Source of the DNA: Macrostomum hystrix
Lineage: Eukaryota > Animalia > Platyhelminthes
Reading direction: 5' to 3'
Assembly: GCA_950097015.1 (NCBI GenBank)
Contig: CATNEN010000038.1
Span: 32,736,001-32,800,000, forward strand
DNA: 64,000 nt
The position numbers were made by a program, and so were the translations under genes. Below are positions 1 to 13,599 of this stretch, piece after piece. The notes below the pieces were generated by a model that had not been told where the DNA came from, searched no databases, and was given only the letters and a program-made list of their open reading frames with translations. Each line of letters opens with the position of its first letter. Within the stretch, counting starts at the first letter, position 1.

Positions 1-995
1 TGAGATCCCATTCCCAATTACTGAGATCCCAATACTAATTACTGAGATCCCATTCCCAATTACTGAGATCCCAATACTAATTACTGAGATCCCAATACTA
101 ATTACTGAGATCCCATTCCCAATTACTGAGATCCCAATACTAATTACTGAGATCCCATTCCCAATTACTGAGATCCCAATACTAATTACTGAGATCCCAA
201 TACTAATTACTGAGATCCCATTCCCAATTACTGAGATCCCAATACTAATTACTGAGATCCCATTCCCAATTACTGAGATCCCAATACTAATTACTGAGAT
301 CCCAATACTAATTACTGAGATCCCAATACTAATTACTGAGATCCCATTCCCAATTACTGAGATCCCATTCCTAATTACTGAGATCCCATTCCAAATTACT
401 GAGATCCCATTCCCAATTACTGAGATCCCATTCCTAATTACTGAGATCCCATTCCAAATTACTGAGATCCCATTCCAAATTACTGAGATCCCATTCCTAA
501 TTACTGAGATCCCATTCCAAATTACTGAGATCCCAATACTAATTACTGACATCCCAATACTAATTACTGAGATCCCAATACTAATTACTGAGATACCATT
601 CCAAATTACTGAGATCCCAATACTAATTACTGACATCCCAATACTAATTACTGAGATCCCAATACTAATTACTGAGATACCATTCCAAATTACTGAGATC
701 CCAATACTAATTACTGAGATCCTATTCCTAATTACTGAGATCCCATTCCAAATTACTGAGATCCCAATACTAATTACTGAGATCCTATTCCTAATTACTG
801 AGATCCTATTTCTAATTACTGAGATCCCAATACTAATTACTGAGATCCCAATACTAATTACTGAGATCCCATTTCCAATTACTGAGATCCCATTCCCAAT
901 TACTGAGATACCATTCCCAATTACTGAGATACCATTCCCAATTACTGAGATCCCATTCCTTATTACTGAGATCCCATTCCCAATTACTGAGATCC
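1..995. repeat. 21-bp minisatellite (TGAGATCCCATTCCCAATTAC) in SLC5 intron 2
   Basis: tandem units visible from the window start up to the donor site. Confidence 0.95.
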
Positions 996-1004
996 AATTC
1001 TCAC

Positions 1005-1319
1005 CTGGTTAGCTGAGTAGATGGTCAGGCACATTCCAGTGCCGCCGATCAGCAATGTCCAGAAGCTGTGCCTGACAGTTGGGTCCGGGTTGAAGTTAAA
1101 AAAATTCAGTCGACCACCAGCGGCGGCGACATCAAAGACGCGTTGCAGGCCACCAACTTCTATGGTTGCCATGACAACCAGGCTGCAGAAGGCTACAAAC
1201 ACGATAATCATTTGTACCAAGTCGGTCCACATGACGGCTTTGATGCCGCCAAGAGCGGTGTAGAATGTGCAAACAACGCCAGTGAGAACCATGGTCAGCG
1301 GAAAGGACAGGCCTGTCAC
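1005..1319 (-). CDS. SLC5 symporter coding exon 2 (gene continues beyond the left edge of the window)
   Basis: VTGLSFPLTMVLTGVVCTFYTALGGIKAVMWTDLVQ...GRLNFFNFNPDPTVRHSFWTLLIGG...SANQ contains the SSF GGxKAVxWTD signature; AG acceptor and GTGAG donor, 315 nt, phase 0/0 compatible with exon 1. Confidence 0.93.
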
Positions 1320-1439
1320 CTTGGGTGATTCATGGAAACAGAAATCATTCGTCATCGTTTCACAAACCTCATGTGAAGCCTCTTGAAACCTCATGTGCAA
1401 CCTTACCTCAATTTGCTTGTGAACTTCGCTATTATTGGA

Positions 1440-4400
1440 GAGGAGAGTGGGCAGTAAAGTGTGCAGTAGATTGTACAGTAGTGTATAGGACAGTGTGCAG
1501 TAGAGTGTGTAGAAGAGTGTATAGGAGAGAGTGTAGTAAAGTGTACAGTAGAGTATACAGGAGAGAGTGTGCAGGAGAGTGTTTGGGAGAGTGTGTAGTA
1601 GAGTGTAAAGGAGAGTGTGCAGTAGAGTGTATACGAGAGTGTGCAGTAGAGCGTGCAGTAGAGTGTGCAGTATAGTGTGCACTAGAGTTTGCAGTAGAGC
1701 GTGCAGTAGAGTGTGCAGTAGAGAGTGCAGTAGTGCAGTAGAGTGTGCAGTAGAGTGTGCAGTAGAGTGTGCAGTAGAGTGTGCAGTAGAGTGCGCAGTA
1801 GAGTGTGCAGTATAGTGTGCACTAGAGTTTGCAGTAGAGCGTGCAGTAGAGTGTGCAGTAGAGAGTGCAGTAGTGCAGTAGAGTGTGCAGTAGAGTGTGC
1901 AGTAGAGTGTGCAGTAGAGTGCGCAGTAGAGTGTGCAGTAGTGCACTAGAGTTTGCAGTAGTGTGCAGAAGAGTGTATAGGAGAGAGTGTAGTAAAGTGT
2001 GCAGAAGAGTGTATAGGAGAGAGTGTAGTAAAGTGTGCAGTAGAGTTTGCAGTAGAGTGTGCAGAAGAGTGCGCAGTAGAGTGTGCAGTAGAGTGTGCAC
2101 TAGAGTTTTCATTAGAGTGTGCAGTAGAGTGCAGTAGTGCAATAGAGTGTGCATTAGTGCAGTAGAGTGTGCAGTAGAGTGCGCAGTAGAGTGTGCAGTA
2201 GTGTGCAGAAGAGTGCGCAGAAGAGTGCGCAGTAGAGTGTGCAGTAGTGTGCAGAAGAGTGCGCAGTAGAGTGTGCAGTAGAGTGTGCATTAGAGTGTGC
2301 AGTAGAGTGTGCAGTAGTGCAGTAGAGTGTGCAGTAGTGCAGTAGAGTGTGCAGTAGAGTGTGCAGTAGAGTTTGCAGTAGAGTGTGCAGTAGTGCAGTG
2401 GAGTGTGCAGTAGAGTGTGCAGTAGTGCAGTAGAGTGTGCAGTAGTGCAGTAGAGTGTGCAGTAGTGCAGTAGAGTGTGCAGTAGAGTGTGCAGTAGAGT
2501 GTGCAGTAGAGTGTGCAGTAGTGCACTAGAGTTTGCAGTAGAGTGTGCAGAAGAGTGTATAGGAGAGAGTGTAGTAAAGTGTGCAGTAGAGTGTGCAGTA
2601 GAGTGTGCAGAAGAGTGCGCAGTAGAGTGTGCAGTAGAGTGTGCACTAGAGTTTTCATTAGAGTGTGCAGTAGAGTGTGCAGTAGAGTGTGCAGTAGAGT
2701 GTGCACTAGAGTTTTCATTAGAGTGTGCAGTAGAGTGTGCAGTAGTGCAATAGAGTGTGCATTAGTGCAGTAGAGTGTGCAGTAGAGTGTGCAGAAGAGT
2801 GCGCAGTAGAGTGTGCAGTAGAGTGTGCACTAGAGTTTTCATTAGAGTGTGCAGTAGAGTGTGCAGTAGAGTGTGCAGTAGAGTGTGCACTAGAGTTTTT
2901 ATTAGAGTGTGCAGTAGAGTGTGCATTAGTGCAGTAGAGTGTGCAGTAGAGTGTGCAGTAGAGTGTGCACTAGAGTTTTCATTAGAGTGTGCAGTAGAGT
3001 GTGCAGTAGTGCAATAGAGTGTGCATTAGTGCAGTAGAGTGTGCAGTAGAGTGTGCAGAAGAGTGCGCAGTAGAGTGTGCAGTAGAGTGTGCACTAGAGT
3101 TTTCATTAGAGTGTGCAGTAGAGTGTGCAGTAGTGCAATAGAGTGTGCATTAGTGCAGTAGAGTGTGCAGTAGAGTGTGCAGTAGTGTGCAGAAGAGTGC
3201 GCAGTAGAGTGCGCAGTAGAGTGTGCAGTAGTGTGCAGAAGAGTGCGCAGTAGAGTGCGCAGTAGAGTGTGCACTAGAGTTTTCATTAGAGTGTGCAGTA
3301 GAGTGTGCAGTAGTGCAATAGAGTGTGCATTAGTGCAGTAGAGTGTGCAGTAGAGTGTGCAGTAGAGTGTGCAGTAGAGTGTGCACTAGAGTTTTCATTA
3401 GAGTGTGCAGTAGAGTGTGCAGTAGAGTGTGCACTAGAGTTTTCATTAGAGTGTGCAGTAGAGTGTGCAGTAGTGCAATAGAGTGTGCATTAGTGCAGTA
3501 GAGTGTGCAGTAGAGTGTGCAGTAGAGTGTGCAGAAGAGTGCGCAGTAGAGTGTGCAGTAGAGTGTGCACTAGAGTTTTCATTAGAGTGTGCAGTAGAGT
3601 GTGCAGTAGAGTGTGCACTAGAGTTTTCATTAGAGTGTGCAGTAGAGTGTGCAGTAGTGCAATAGAGTGTGCATTAGTGCAGTAGAGTGTGCAGTAGAGT
3701 GTGCAGAAGAGTGCGCAGTAGAGTGTGCAGTAGAGTGTGCACTAGAGTTTTCATTAGAGTGTGCAGTAGAGTGTGCAGTAGAGTGTGCAGTAGAGTGTGC
3801 ACTAGAGTTTTCATTAGAGTGTGCAGTAGAGTGTGCATTAGTGCAGTAGAGTGTGCAGTAGAGTGTGCAGTAGAGTGTGCACTAGAGTTTTCATTAGAGT
3901 GTGCAGTAGAGTGTGCAGTAGTGCAATAGAGTGTGCATTAGTGCAGTAGAGTGTGCAGTAGAGTGTGCAGAAGAGTGCGCAGTAGAGTGTGCAGTAGAGT
4001 GTGCACTAGAGTTTTCATTAGAGTGTGCAGTAGAGTGTGCAGTAGTGCAATAGAGTGTGCATTAGTGCAGTAGAGTGTGCAGTAGAGTGTGCAGTAGTGT
4101 GCAGAAGAGTGCGCAGTAGAGTGCGCAGTAGAGTGTGCAGTAGTGTGCAGAAGAGTTGCGCAGTAGAGTGCGCAGTAGAGTGTGCACTAGAGTTTTCATT
4201 AGAGTGTGCAGTAGAGTGTGCAGTAGTGCAATAGAGTGTGCATTAGTGCAGTAGAGTGTGCAGTAGAGTGTGCAGTAGAGTGTGCAGTAGAGTGTGCACT
4301 AGAGTTTTCATTAGAGTGTGCAGTAGAGTGTGCAGTAGAGTGTGCACTAGAGTTTTCATTAGAGTGTGCAGTAGAGTGTGCAGTAGTGCAATAGAGTGTG

Positions 4401-4890
4401 CATTAGTGCAGTAGAGTGTGCAGTAGAGTGTGCAGTAGTGTGCAGAAGAGTGCGCAGTAGAGTGCGCAGTAGAGTGTGCAGTAGTGTGCAGAAGAGTGCG
4501 CAGTAGAGTGCGCAGTAGAGTGTGCAGTAGTGTGCAGAAGAGTGCGCAGTAGAGTGTGCAGTAGAGTGTGCACTAGAGTTTGCATTAGAGTGTGCAGTAG
4601 AGTGTGCAGTAGTGCAGTAGAGTGTGCACTAGAGTTTGCATTAGAGTGTGCAGTAGAGTGTGCAGTAGAGTGTGCAGTAGAGTGTGCACTAGAGTTTGCA
4701 GTAGAGTGTGCAGTAGTGCAGTGGAGTGTGCAGTAGAGTGTGCAGTAGTGCAGTAGAGTGTGCAGTAGTGCAGTAGAGTGTGCAGTAGAGTGTGCAGTAG
4801 AGTGTGCAGTAGAGTGTGCAGTAGAGTGTGCAGTAGTGCAGTAGAGTGTGCAGTAGTGCAGTAGAGTGTGCAGTAGAGTGTGCAGAGTGT
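1440..4890. repeat. 12-bp (GTAGAGTGTGCA) satellite with 8-bp variants filling SLC5 intron 1
   Basis: about 3.4 kb of tandem units. Confidence 0.95.
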
Positions 4891-4915
4891 ATTGCCCACC
4901 CTCTATTAGTCTCAC

Positions 4916-5359
4916 CTGCTGGAAGGTGATGGCTGGAGCGTAGAGCACCACAGCCTGATAGAAGAACATCTGAATGCAGAACACAATGGATGCGGCGGTT
5001 CGCACTGATGAGCTAAACCTCAGCTCTAGATAGTGCTGAGCAGTGAGCACTTTATTCCTGTACAGTACAGGCATGTACACTTCTGCGGTGATTGGAAATG
5101 CCAGAAAATAGCTGAGGCCCAGGATGATGTACTGTACGCCAGACTGATAGACTTCGGCAGTTGTGCCAAGAATTGATATAGCGGAGATGAACGAGGCCAT
5201 GACAGAGAAGGTCACTGGCAGTAGTGTCATCTGTCTAGAGCCTAGAAATATGTCCTTGGACGAGCGCTGCTTGTGATAAGCGATGCCAATAGCAGCTGAG
5301 GCGAGCAGCACAATGGCAAAGATTAGATAGTCTAACCAGTGGAACACAATGTTCGCCAT
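4916..5359 (-). CDS. SLC5 family sodium:solute symporter (SLC5A5/6/8/12-like), coding exon 1
   Basis: MANIVFHWLDYLIFAIVLLASAAIGI...FLGSRQMTLLPVTFSVMASFISAISILGTTAEVY...YLELRFSSSVR...YQAVVLYAPAITFQQ is the typical N-terminus of the SMVT/SMCT/NIS clade; acceptor tttcag just upstream (exon edge 5382), donor GTGAG after 4916; 444 nt, phase 0. Confidence 0.93.
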
Positions 5360-5527
5360 GGTGGGGCGTTGGGACTTCAAAGCTGAAATAATTTAGAATG
5401 CGGTCAAATTGCACCTACAGGTTTCACACCATTATTATTGAAAAAATATGTATCAACAACATGATATCAACAACAGTCATGCGATCCAATGTTATACCAA
5501 ATGCGATATCAACACAGAGATTATAAG

Positions 5528-5860
5528 ATCCCGATTGTGAGACACCTGGATCCCGATTGTAATATCCCTCGGTCCCTATTGTAATATCCCTGGATCCCGA
5601 TTGTAATACCCCTCCCTGGATCCCGATTTTAATATCCCTGGATCCCTAATGTAAAATCCCTAAATTCCCGATTGTGAGATCCCTGGACCCGATTGTAATA
5701 TCCCTGGATCCTGATAGTAATATTTCTGGATCCGATTGTGAGATCCCTTGATCCCGATTGTGAGATCCCTGGATCCCGATTGTAAAATCCCTGGATCCCG
5801 ATTTTTATATCCCTGGATCCGGATGTTAATATCCCTGGATCCCGATTGTTAGATTCCTGA
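5528..5860. repeat. 22-bp minisatellite (GATCCCGATTGTAATATCCCTG)
   Basis: degenerate tandem units. Confidence 0.9.
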
Positions 5861-8800
5861 ATTTAGTCACTGCAAATACATAAAAATATGTCAAATATTT
5901 TACGAAAAAGTTAAACGAAGAAAAAGTAGTGCAAATAGAACTTTTTAAGTTATAAAAAGAGAAAATTAAGACCAACTCATTTTACCAGACACATTGTGAA
6001 CTTTATTAGCATACATTGTAAACAGAGAGCCACTCGATAATCTCTAGAGGGCTTTTTCTGGCGATTAGATAGTACACAGAGTTAATTAGTCAAGTCAAGA
6101 AGCTAAATTAGTTGCTAACTAAACACATTCGCTTCGCAAGAAATTCGATCCAACGATTCTAAGATTGGCTTAATCTTATTTTTTTATAATGTACAGTCTC
6201 CATAAACTGATAAACTATGCGAATCAAAGAAAGCTAAAGTGAAAATAAAAGCTGTCATGGAATAGATAAAGCTTGTAAAAACAAACTCGAAAACCAGCTA
6301 GAAACTATTATATCACAGAGAGACAAGAGGGAAGAACTAGGAGGAAGAAGAGTGCAGAAATAGGAGAGGAAAGAGGGCAGAAATGGGACAGGAAAGAGGG
6401 CAGAAATGGGAGAGGGGAGAGGGTAGAAATACAAAGGGAAGAGGTAAAAAGGACAAGAGGCTAGAGAATAGATAGTTTCTCTATTGGTCACTACGGTGGA
6501 AAGTCAAGTTTTGTATGACAGAAGAAAATTATACAATTACGATCGTAGTCAAAGAAAAAAACTTGAATAAATTATAATACAGCCGCACGTTCCTATTGGC
6601 TAGTGAAGGCGAAGACCTCGCAGCCAATAAGACGCGACTTAGAACTTTCAATGCCGATGTGTGGGCGCAGGCGAGAAACGGAAAAGAAAAAATGCCAACT
6701 CTCGCCCGTCGCTTCTCTAGCCTGGAGTGAAGAAATCTAGGAGTAGAGAACTCAGGCTGAACTGTCTTGTCTCACTACAGCCTCGCGCGGTTTTTTGAAG
6801 GCTTATATATAGCCACGCGATGAATGTACATTAGCTAGCTGGGGAAGGAAAACTAGGGTGGTGAGATGGAGATAAGAGAGATAAGGCACACAGATTACTC
6901 GTAGACTGAGACAGATGCCACAGACAGACACTGTTCAAAGGATAATAAATGCGACCATTAGTATTCTATAAATTATAGAAAAACTATACTAATAATAATA
7001 CATGTTTTAGCTGTGCCTTTAGGTTAAACTAAAAACTGGTTTTAGCTGGATTAAAAACACTATGGAGGTTGGCTGCAGTGGTTGGCTTTAGAATTGCAAA
7101 TCAGTATAGAAAAATATATATATAACAAGGCTAAAAGATTAAGGGGAAATTTATATGGGGAAGAATTAATCTTATTTTTAAGATGAATTTTAGTGAAAAA
7201 TTTAATTAATAAGAATAATAATAACAATACACCTGCCCCAATTAAGCCATATATGCAGATGACAGTCCAGCCATAGCTATTGTGTGGCACATCTGAAGGC
7301 TCCATGGAGCTGTTCAGTCCATAGACTGGGGGTGGCACCCTCCAAAAGTACCCAGCTGAGCTGGTGCTGGTACCCATTTAACAACTTGGTTTAACAACTG
7401 AATTTATCCAGAGTTGAGTGTCTTGCTATAGAACACTAAATGCTTTTTTGGTGGAATCAACCTGCTCAAACCTATAAGTTGTGAGTTTAATGCTCAAACC
7501 ACAAGGCTAAAATCACCTAAAATAAAATGAATTAAAAAAAGAGAGTAAAATGGGAAAGAAAGAGTATAAGCAGTAAAATTACAGAAAAAATAAGCATTTT
7601 GGTAATATATAGGTGAAATAGTGTTATAATGGAACCCAGATTGGGTTCTAATGATTTCTAGACCAAACAATATTTTATAAAGTTATTTTTCTCAATGACT
7701 TTCATCTTATTATTAAGCAATGAATAGTAAATAAAAGGGCTATTTTTAGAAATTGTGTAATAGTGTTTAGTAGTCAGTAGAAAAAACAGAAATATATTAT
7801 CTGAAAGACTTATATTAGACTAGCAATTGGTCAACTGCAACTAATTGATATACAAGTGCCCATAGCTATCGTGCATCAACAGTTTTTTATTATTCATAGA
7901 CTTATAAATATAATAGAATTTAACCTAAGTTCATTCCATTGCACTTCAAACTGATGCATTGTACTAACACAACACAGTGCAAACTTTTATACAATAAAGG
8001 TATCAATAAAATACAACAATATCTATAATTTTCTCAAATAAAAGTTAATTATATATAAATAAGTATTAAAAGTCTCTAGCAATAAGTGTTGATGCTATCA
8101 TGTCTATAAGTATTTCACTATGCAATATAAGAATGAAAAAGTTAACTGACAAAAAATTTTTATAATAAAATATTCATGAATAACAAATAGTCATAACTTT
8201 GGAATGAATTATCTACTAAGCATTTTAGCTAACTTATATTTAACAGTAGAACTACCAAGCCATTTTGATGCCAGTTTTTATACCAAGGGGGGAATTCTCC
8301 CCTGACAATTTATTTTGGCAGCGCCCAAATGCTACAACGTAATAGTGTTGGGTGGTGACTGATTAGTTGACAGACTAGGCAATGGTGTCCTGTGGTTGAG
8401 CTGCGCCTAAATTTGGCTTAAGCATTGAAATTTGAGAAATTCGCGTCAGGGTGTCCATAGTAGCTTAGTTCCACCTGTTGTAGCCCTTGAAGGTCCAGCA
8501 GTCTGTCTAGATAAAGGTAGGTGACCACCGAAGATGGAGATGATGCAGGCACACTCGGGTGACATGCTAATAAATTTTGAAGGCCTGGCAAGGCTGCACT
8601 GAGGCACAGTGCAAATTTGTGCATAGGGGTGTATGAAATACACTAGCTCTTATGGGAAAAATTGGACCTTCGGCCAGAAACATTGAATATCTCGATGGTC
8701 TGAAGAGCTGGCGACTTGTTTCTTGTTTCAGAAGATGCGCAACAAAAAGTTGGCCCATGAGTTTCTTGAGTTTCGTGTGCTTGCATTGTTCCATTCGGGT

Positions 8801-9334
8801 GTAGCAAAAATGGCTAGATGTAGTTCTATTGTTAATTAGTTTTTGCTCAATAGCTAGGACTAGGCCTAGCCTACATTAACAAAGAGGAATAAACAATTGT
8901 TAAGTAAAACATTACTTCAAAAAAGATCGTGGCTAAACCTCTGATCACAAACACTGAAGAAATCTTAAAATAGGCACAGCTTACTAAGCTTTGAAACTAA
9001 CTAAATGACCTAAAACTATGCCATATCAGCAAGTCAGTGGGCTTTATTTAAATGGTCTAAATGATGGAAATTATGTTTTTGTCTAGCCTAGGGGCCTATT
9101 TCTTTTAAAAATATATATAGTGAAGTTGATTATGCCACTTGCACTTGCACTGCACATTTGATAGGAAAATTTGCAATTGCTACAAGTTTACAAACAATTA
9201 TTTGTAATGTTTGGGGGCCATCTAGTTGGTAACTAAAAAGCGAACTAAAACAAATTATTATGAAAACCACATATGAGGCTACGCAAAGTCGCAAGATATA
9301 ATCTGAATTTTAATAATCAAAGCTACATTCGCCC

Positions 9335-9571
9335 TATAGGCGTAGGAATGATTAAAAAAGTGTGGGGCCAAGGCCAAGGGGAGGATCCATTTCCCCGAAA
9401 AAAATCCCAAATAGTCCCAAAAAGCAGCAAAATCCAAAAATAAGAGTAAAAAATAAGCAAAAAGTCAACTTTTTGCTTTTTAAATGTGGGGCCAGATCTC
9501 ATTACTGGCCCCCCCAACCGAAAAAGTGGGGGGGCCATGGCCCCACTGTCCCCCCCGTTCCTACGCCTATG
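9335..9571. mobile_element. Non-autonomous DNA transposon (MITE), hAT-like
   Basis: Terminal inverted repeats (t)ATAGGCGTAGGAA ... TTCCTACGCCTAT(g) flanked by an 8-bp direct repeat ATTCGCCC (9327-9334 and 9572-9579); internal GGGGCCATGGCCCC palindrome. Confidence 0.85.
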
Positions 9572-10929
9572 ATTCGCCCTTAAATAATGCACTTACCTTT
9601 ATTAATATATAATTTAAACGCACATTGATATTAACTTTGAATTTTTGCCATTATAAAAGTCCATGTGACTTATTCCTGGAAATACACAGATTAACGTTTT
9701 GAGCTGCGTGCTTGAAATTAGCGCATTATATTGTTTTTAGTCATTTATAAAACAAGAACAATCATTTTATAGCATTGCTTATGATGTTTTTTTGTTATTC
9801 TTGCCAGCGTGATAATAAAAATATATTCGGATTATTTTAATCCAAAGTTCCGTTCATTTCAGAACATTTCCAGAACATAACCAGAACATTTCGTTTGCTT
9901 TTTTGACGATCAGTTGTGCAAGTAATGCTTGTAAACCTGAATAAATACATATTAAAGTGTCCATATTCATCATCCTGAGCTTAACTTTAGCTAATTTGAT
10001 TCATTCACGATATCGATGTCCAATAATATTGCAAGTTCGATTCGCCAATACGAAAATGATGTGAATGACTAAGATTCTCTAAGTAGTACTTTTTGAAGAC
10101 ATTAATCGACATGAAGTCAATGCGTTTGCCATTTAAGACGGAAAAACTAGTTAGACAGTTTGTAAACAGAATAACTAACCGCTGTAACCAGCGCGCGTTA
10201 AAAATATCAGCAATGCGGTTAGGTCTTGGACAAAACAACTTATCTGTAGGAAAATGAGAAAATTTTAGCGACATCGGGAGTATTTTAATTTTTTGGATTT
10301 TTTGCCCTTCTCGTGTCCCAATTCCCTCACCCTGCACGATGACTTACCCCTGCACTACCTCGAACTCTCTGCCAATACCATTTTTAGGGTTATTTTTTGC
10401 ATGTGCAAATTTTCCACACCTCCCTCCAATTGTTCATAATTCTTTGTTTTCTCCACCAACTGCGCACAGAATTCACCCACCTCGATCCTTCCTGCACACA
10501 TTACGCACATAGTTAAAAAAAAAATTCATTGCGCAACCACCCCTCCATTCTTTTGTTCTCCTGTCATCGATCTATTATATGTAACTCAAGGACCACTACG
10601 AGTAAATATTTAAGAAAAACCGTATGAGGAGAGGATCAAATTGTAATGTACAAAACTTTATAACATTCGGTAGAGCAACATATTAGGCAAGTTGCATCAA
10701 AAGAGCAGCTGTGTATCTATCTGCTTCCAATTAAAAGCTTTCACGATTTAAATTAAAAAAGTAAATTTCGTATCTCCGCGTTTTGTGATATACTGCGAAA
10801 ACCAGACTTCAATTTTTTGTTCTAAGAAACGTACGTTCTCGTCTTTTCATCTCTTGGTGGTCCTTGATTCCTTGATGTAATCCTGCCCCGTTCTCCCTCG
10901 TAAATTATATTTTCTCTCAAACGTGCACC

Positions 10930-11060
10930 CACCCGACTCCCGTCCCATCTAATCAACGCACGGGGATCAGAACCACGTGACCCGGCTGTCTGGTAAACAA
11001 GTCAAGGTCGGGCGGATCATGCGATCACGGCGTGCGCACGTGACTCTGGCTCTATGGCTC
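10930..11060. promoter_or_regulatory. CpG-rich promoter/enhancer-like segment with two CACGTGAC E-boxes and a forkhead site
   Basis: CACGTGAC at 10974-10981 and 11037-11044, GTAAACAA at 10993-11000 and a GGGCGG box within about 80 bp, in an otherwise AT-rich intergenic region. Confidence 0.4.
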
Positions 11061-12044
11061 GTATAACGCTAGTGGTGCAGTGCCTATTTTGGAGAAGACC
11101 ACCAACCTTTTGTGCCTTTGGACCCTTCCATTCGTACCTACACTCCGGACCGTTACCTTGGCTTTGTACCCGCCGTAACGCCGTTTTTTGGAAAACGTTT
11201 CCGCCGTTCTAACCTTTTGGACCGCTTTCGCATTGTAATTTTTGTTGCCCGCAGTCGCCACACATCGTTGTTTTTCGTCATCAGTCGTCATAGGCACTAA
11301 GGCTCACGCCCTCCTAGCTCGGCTTTACCCGGTTCGCCATTCGATATCAGTTTTCTGCGATCTGTTTTCCCGGCCCGACCACCTGTTGCCAGACAACTCA
11401 CGGGGTTTGGTTAATCTTAATCTGTGCACTGCTCTTAATGCTCTTGTGTATCGAAGATTTATTTAGTATTCCTAATCCTCTTCCCCCTCAAACTCTTTAC
11501 TTCAACGAATCTAACTCATTGTATGTAAACCATGCCATTTAAAATTCAAATCACAAATTTTTCAAGACTCTTTAAGGGGAACTTAATCTAGGACTTTAGG
11601 AACCAATAAAATCTTTAATTTTGTTTTAACTATACTCCCCTCTTTGCCAATGGCGAGGAGTGAGTAAATCAGTGCGCTAGCATAGTAAATGTCCTACTAT
11701 AATAAGTCCTACTGGTCCTACTCCTACTAGTGGTCCTTGGTCCATAGACAGTAGACGGACGCTATGAAAAGATTCAGGATAATATTGTACTCTAGCTATG
11801 TACTCTAATGTAAGACTAATTTAATGCTAATGTACGCCTATAAGGATTAGATTAGTAAATTAGAAGTACCCCCTGCATGAGAATACCTATAGATAGGAGT
11901 AGTTAGGGCGGGAACAGGCCCGGTTCTCCCATTAATATATATCCCTCAAAAGCCGCGGGTGCATCGCCTTTACGAGCTAGGAGGTGAAAAAGGTGACATC
12001 AAAATAACCCCGTCAGGTAGCTTTTAGAGCAGCTCATGTGTGAT

Positions 12045-12670
12045 CCGGGAATCATAAATCCCAAGAATCATAAATCCCAAGAATCATAAAATCCCAAGAA
12101 TCATAAATCCCAAGAATCATAAATACCAAGAATCATAAATCCCAAGAATCATAAATCCCGGGAATCATAAATCCCAAGAATCATAAATCCCGGGAATCAT
12201 AAATCCCAAGAATCATAAATCCCAAGAATCATAAATACCAAGAATCATAAATCCCAAGAATCATAAATCCCGGGAATCATAAATCCCAGAATCATAAATC
12301 TCAAGAATCATAAATCGCAAGAATCATAAATCCTGGGAATCATAAATCCCGGGAATCATAAATCCTGGGAATCATAAATCCCGGGAATCATAAATCTCAA
12401 GAATCATAAATCCCAGAATCATAAATCTCAAGAATCATAAATCGCAAGAATCATAAATCCCAGAATCATAAATCTCAAGAATCATAAATCGCAAGAATCA
12501 TAAATCCTGGGAATCATAAATCCCGGGAATCATAAATCCTGGGAATCATAAATCCCGGGAATCATAAATCTCAAGAATCATAAATCCCAGAATCATAAAT
12601 CCCAAGAATCATAAATCCCAAGAATCATAAATCCCAAGAATCATAAATCCCAGAATCATAAATCCCGGGT
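12045..12670. repeat. 16-bp minisatellite (AATCATAAATCCCAAG)
   Basis: tandem units. Confidence 0.95.
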
Positions 12671-13599
12671 ATTCGTAATCTCCAGAAACCGGGAAACCTG
12701 CAATGTCTAAAATGACAAGTTCGAACATTCAACATATTTAACAATTAAACATGTGCCAAATTTACGCAAGCATTGATTCATTACGAAATAACGGATTGCC
12801 ATTGTCGTTATGATGTATACGCTTGTACAAAAAAATTGATTTGATTTTTATGTCTACTCTTCATTGAGAAAGTCGAAACTAGCTTATCCGGATTCGGGAC
12901 GAAAAAAGTCAGGAAATTCTGATCCCGGGAATATAAGTAAACTTTTTTAATCGCTTCAAAATTTCATCACGGAATCAAGCTGGAACCCAGCCAGCAGCCA
13001 GCTAGTTTCATATTACAGAAAATGACAGCATGCGCGAGCTTTATTTACATGCTCTTCCTTAAAATCGAGTGCAAGTGCACTAGACACGTAACAGGACCTT
13101 CTAGACAGCTGCAAGGGCTATTTTATGGCGCTCTTGTCTTAACCGACTGTCTGTCTGTCTGTCTGTCTGCCTGTCTGCCTGTCTGGGGCCCATGCAGCTG
13201 ATGTGCCTTACAATATCTAGGCACCAAAAATTCCTATGACGCATCGACAGTCAAAGTGAAATTAAATGTATGGGACAACGGCGTGGAGTACTTTGAAAGC
13301 AGATCGCGTATTGTTCGCGTATTTGCATATTAAAGTATAATGAATGCCTAAAAATGGGAAACAGAAAAAGCAAAAATTCATTTTTTAATTGAAACAAAGG
13401 GTACTTTAGAACAATTGAATGAGTCATCTTTGTTAAATCCTATTCATTTTCGCTTTGCTCCCTAGAGTGCACTCGATCTTTGAAAATGCACTTTTAGTGT
13501 TTCATGATCCATGATGTCATTGTGCATTTCTCAAAACATGTAAAACAGGTTTTGATGAATTTCTGGGACTACTCAAATCTCAGGATTATTGGAGACCGT

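Noticed and set aside
1325-4899. Many ORFs (LLHT, CSRV, ECAV repeats) and the repeat-derived extensions of the SLC5 ORFs
   Set aside because: Translations of the 12-bp intronic satellite; real exons are bounded by splice sites at 1319 and 4916.
8287-8794. Near-palindrome GGGGGAATTCTCCCC (kB-like) and short minus-strand ORFs
   Set aside because: No recognisable protein similarity, termini or TSD; may be a decayed element but cannot be supported.
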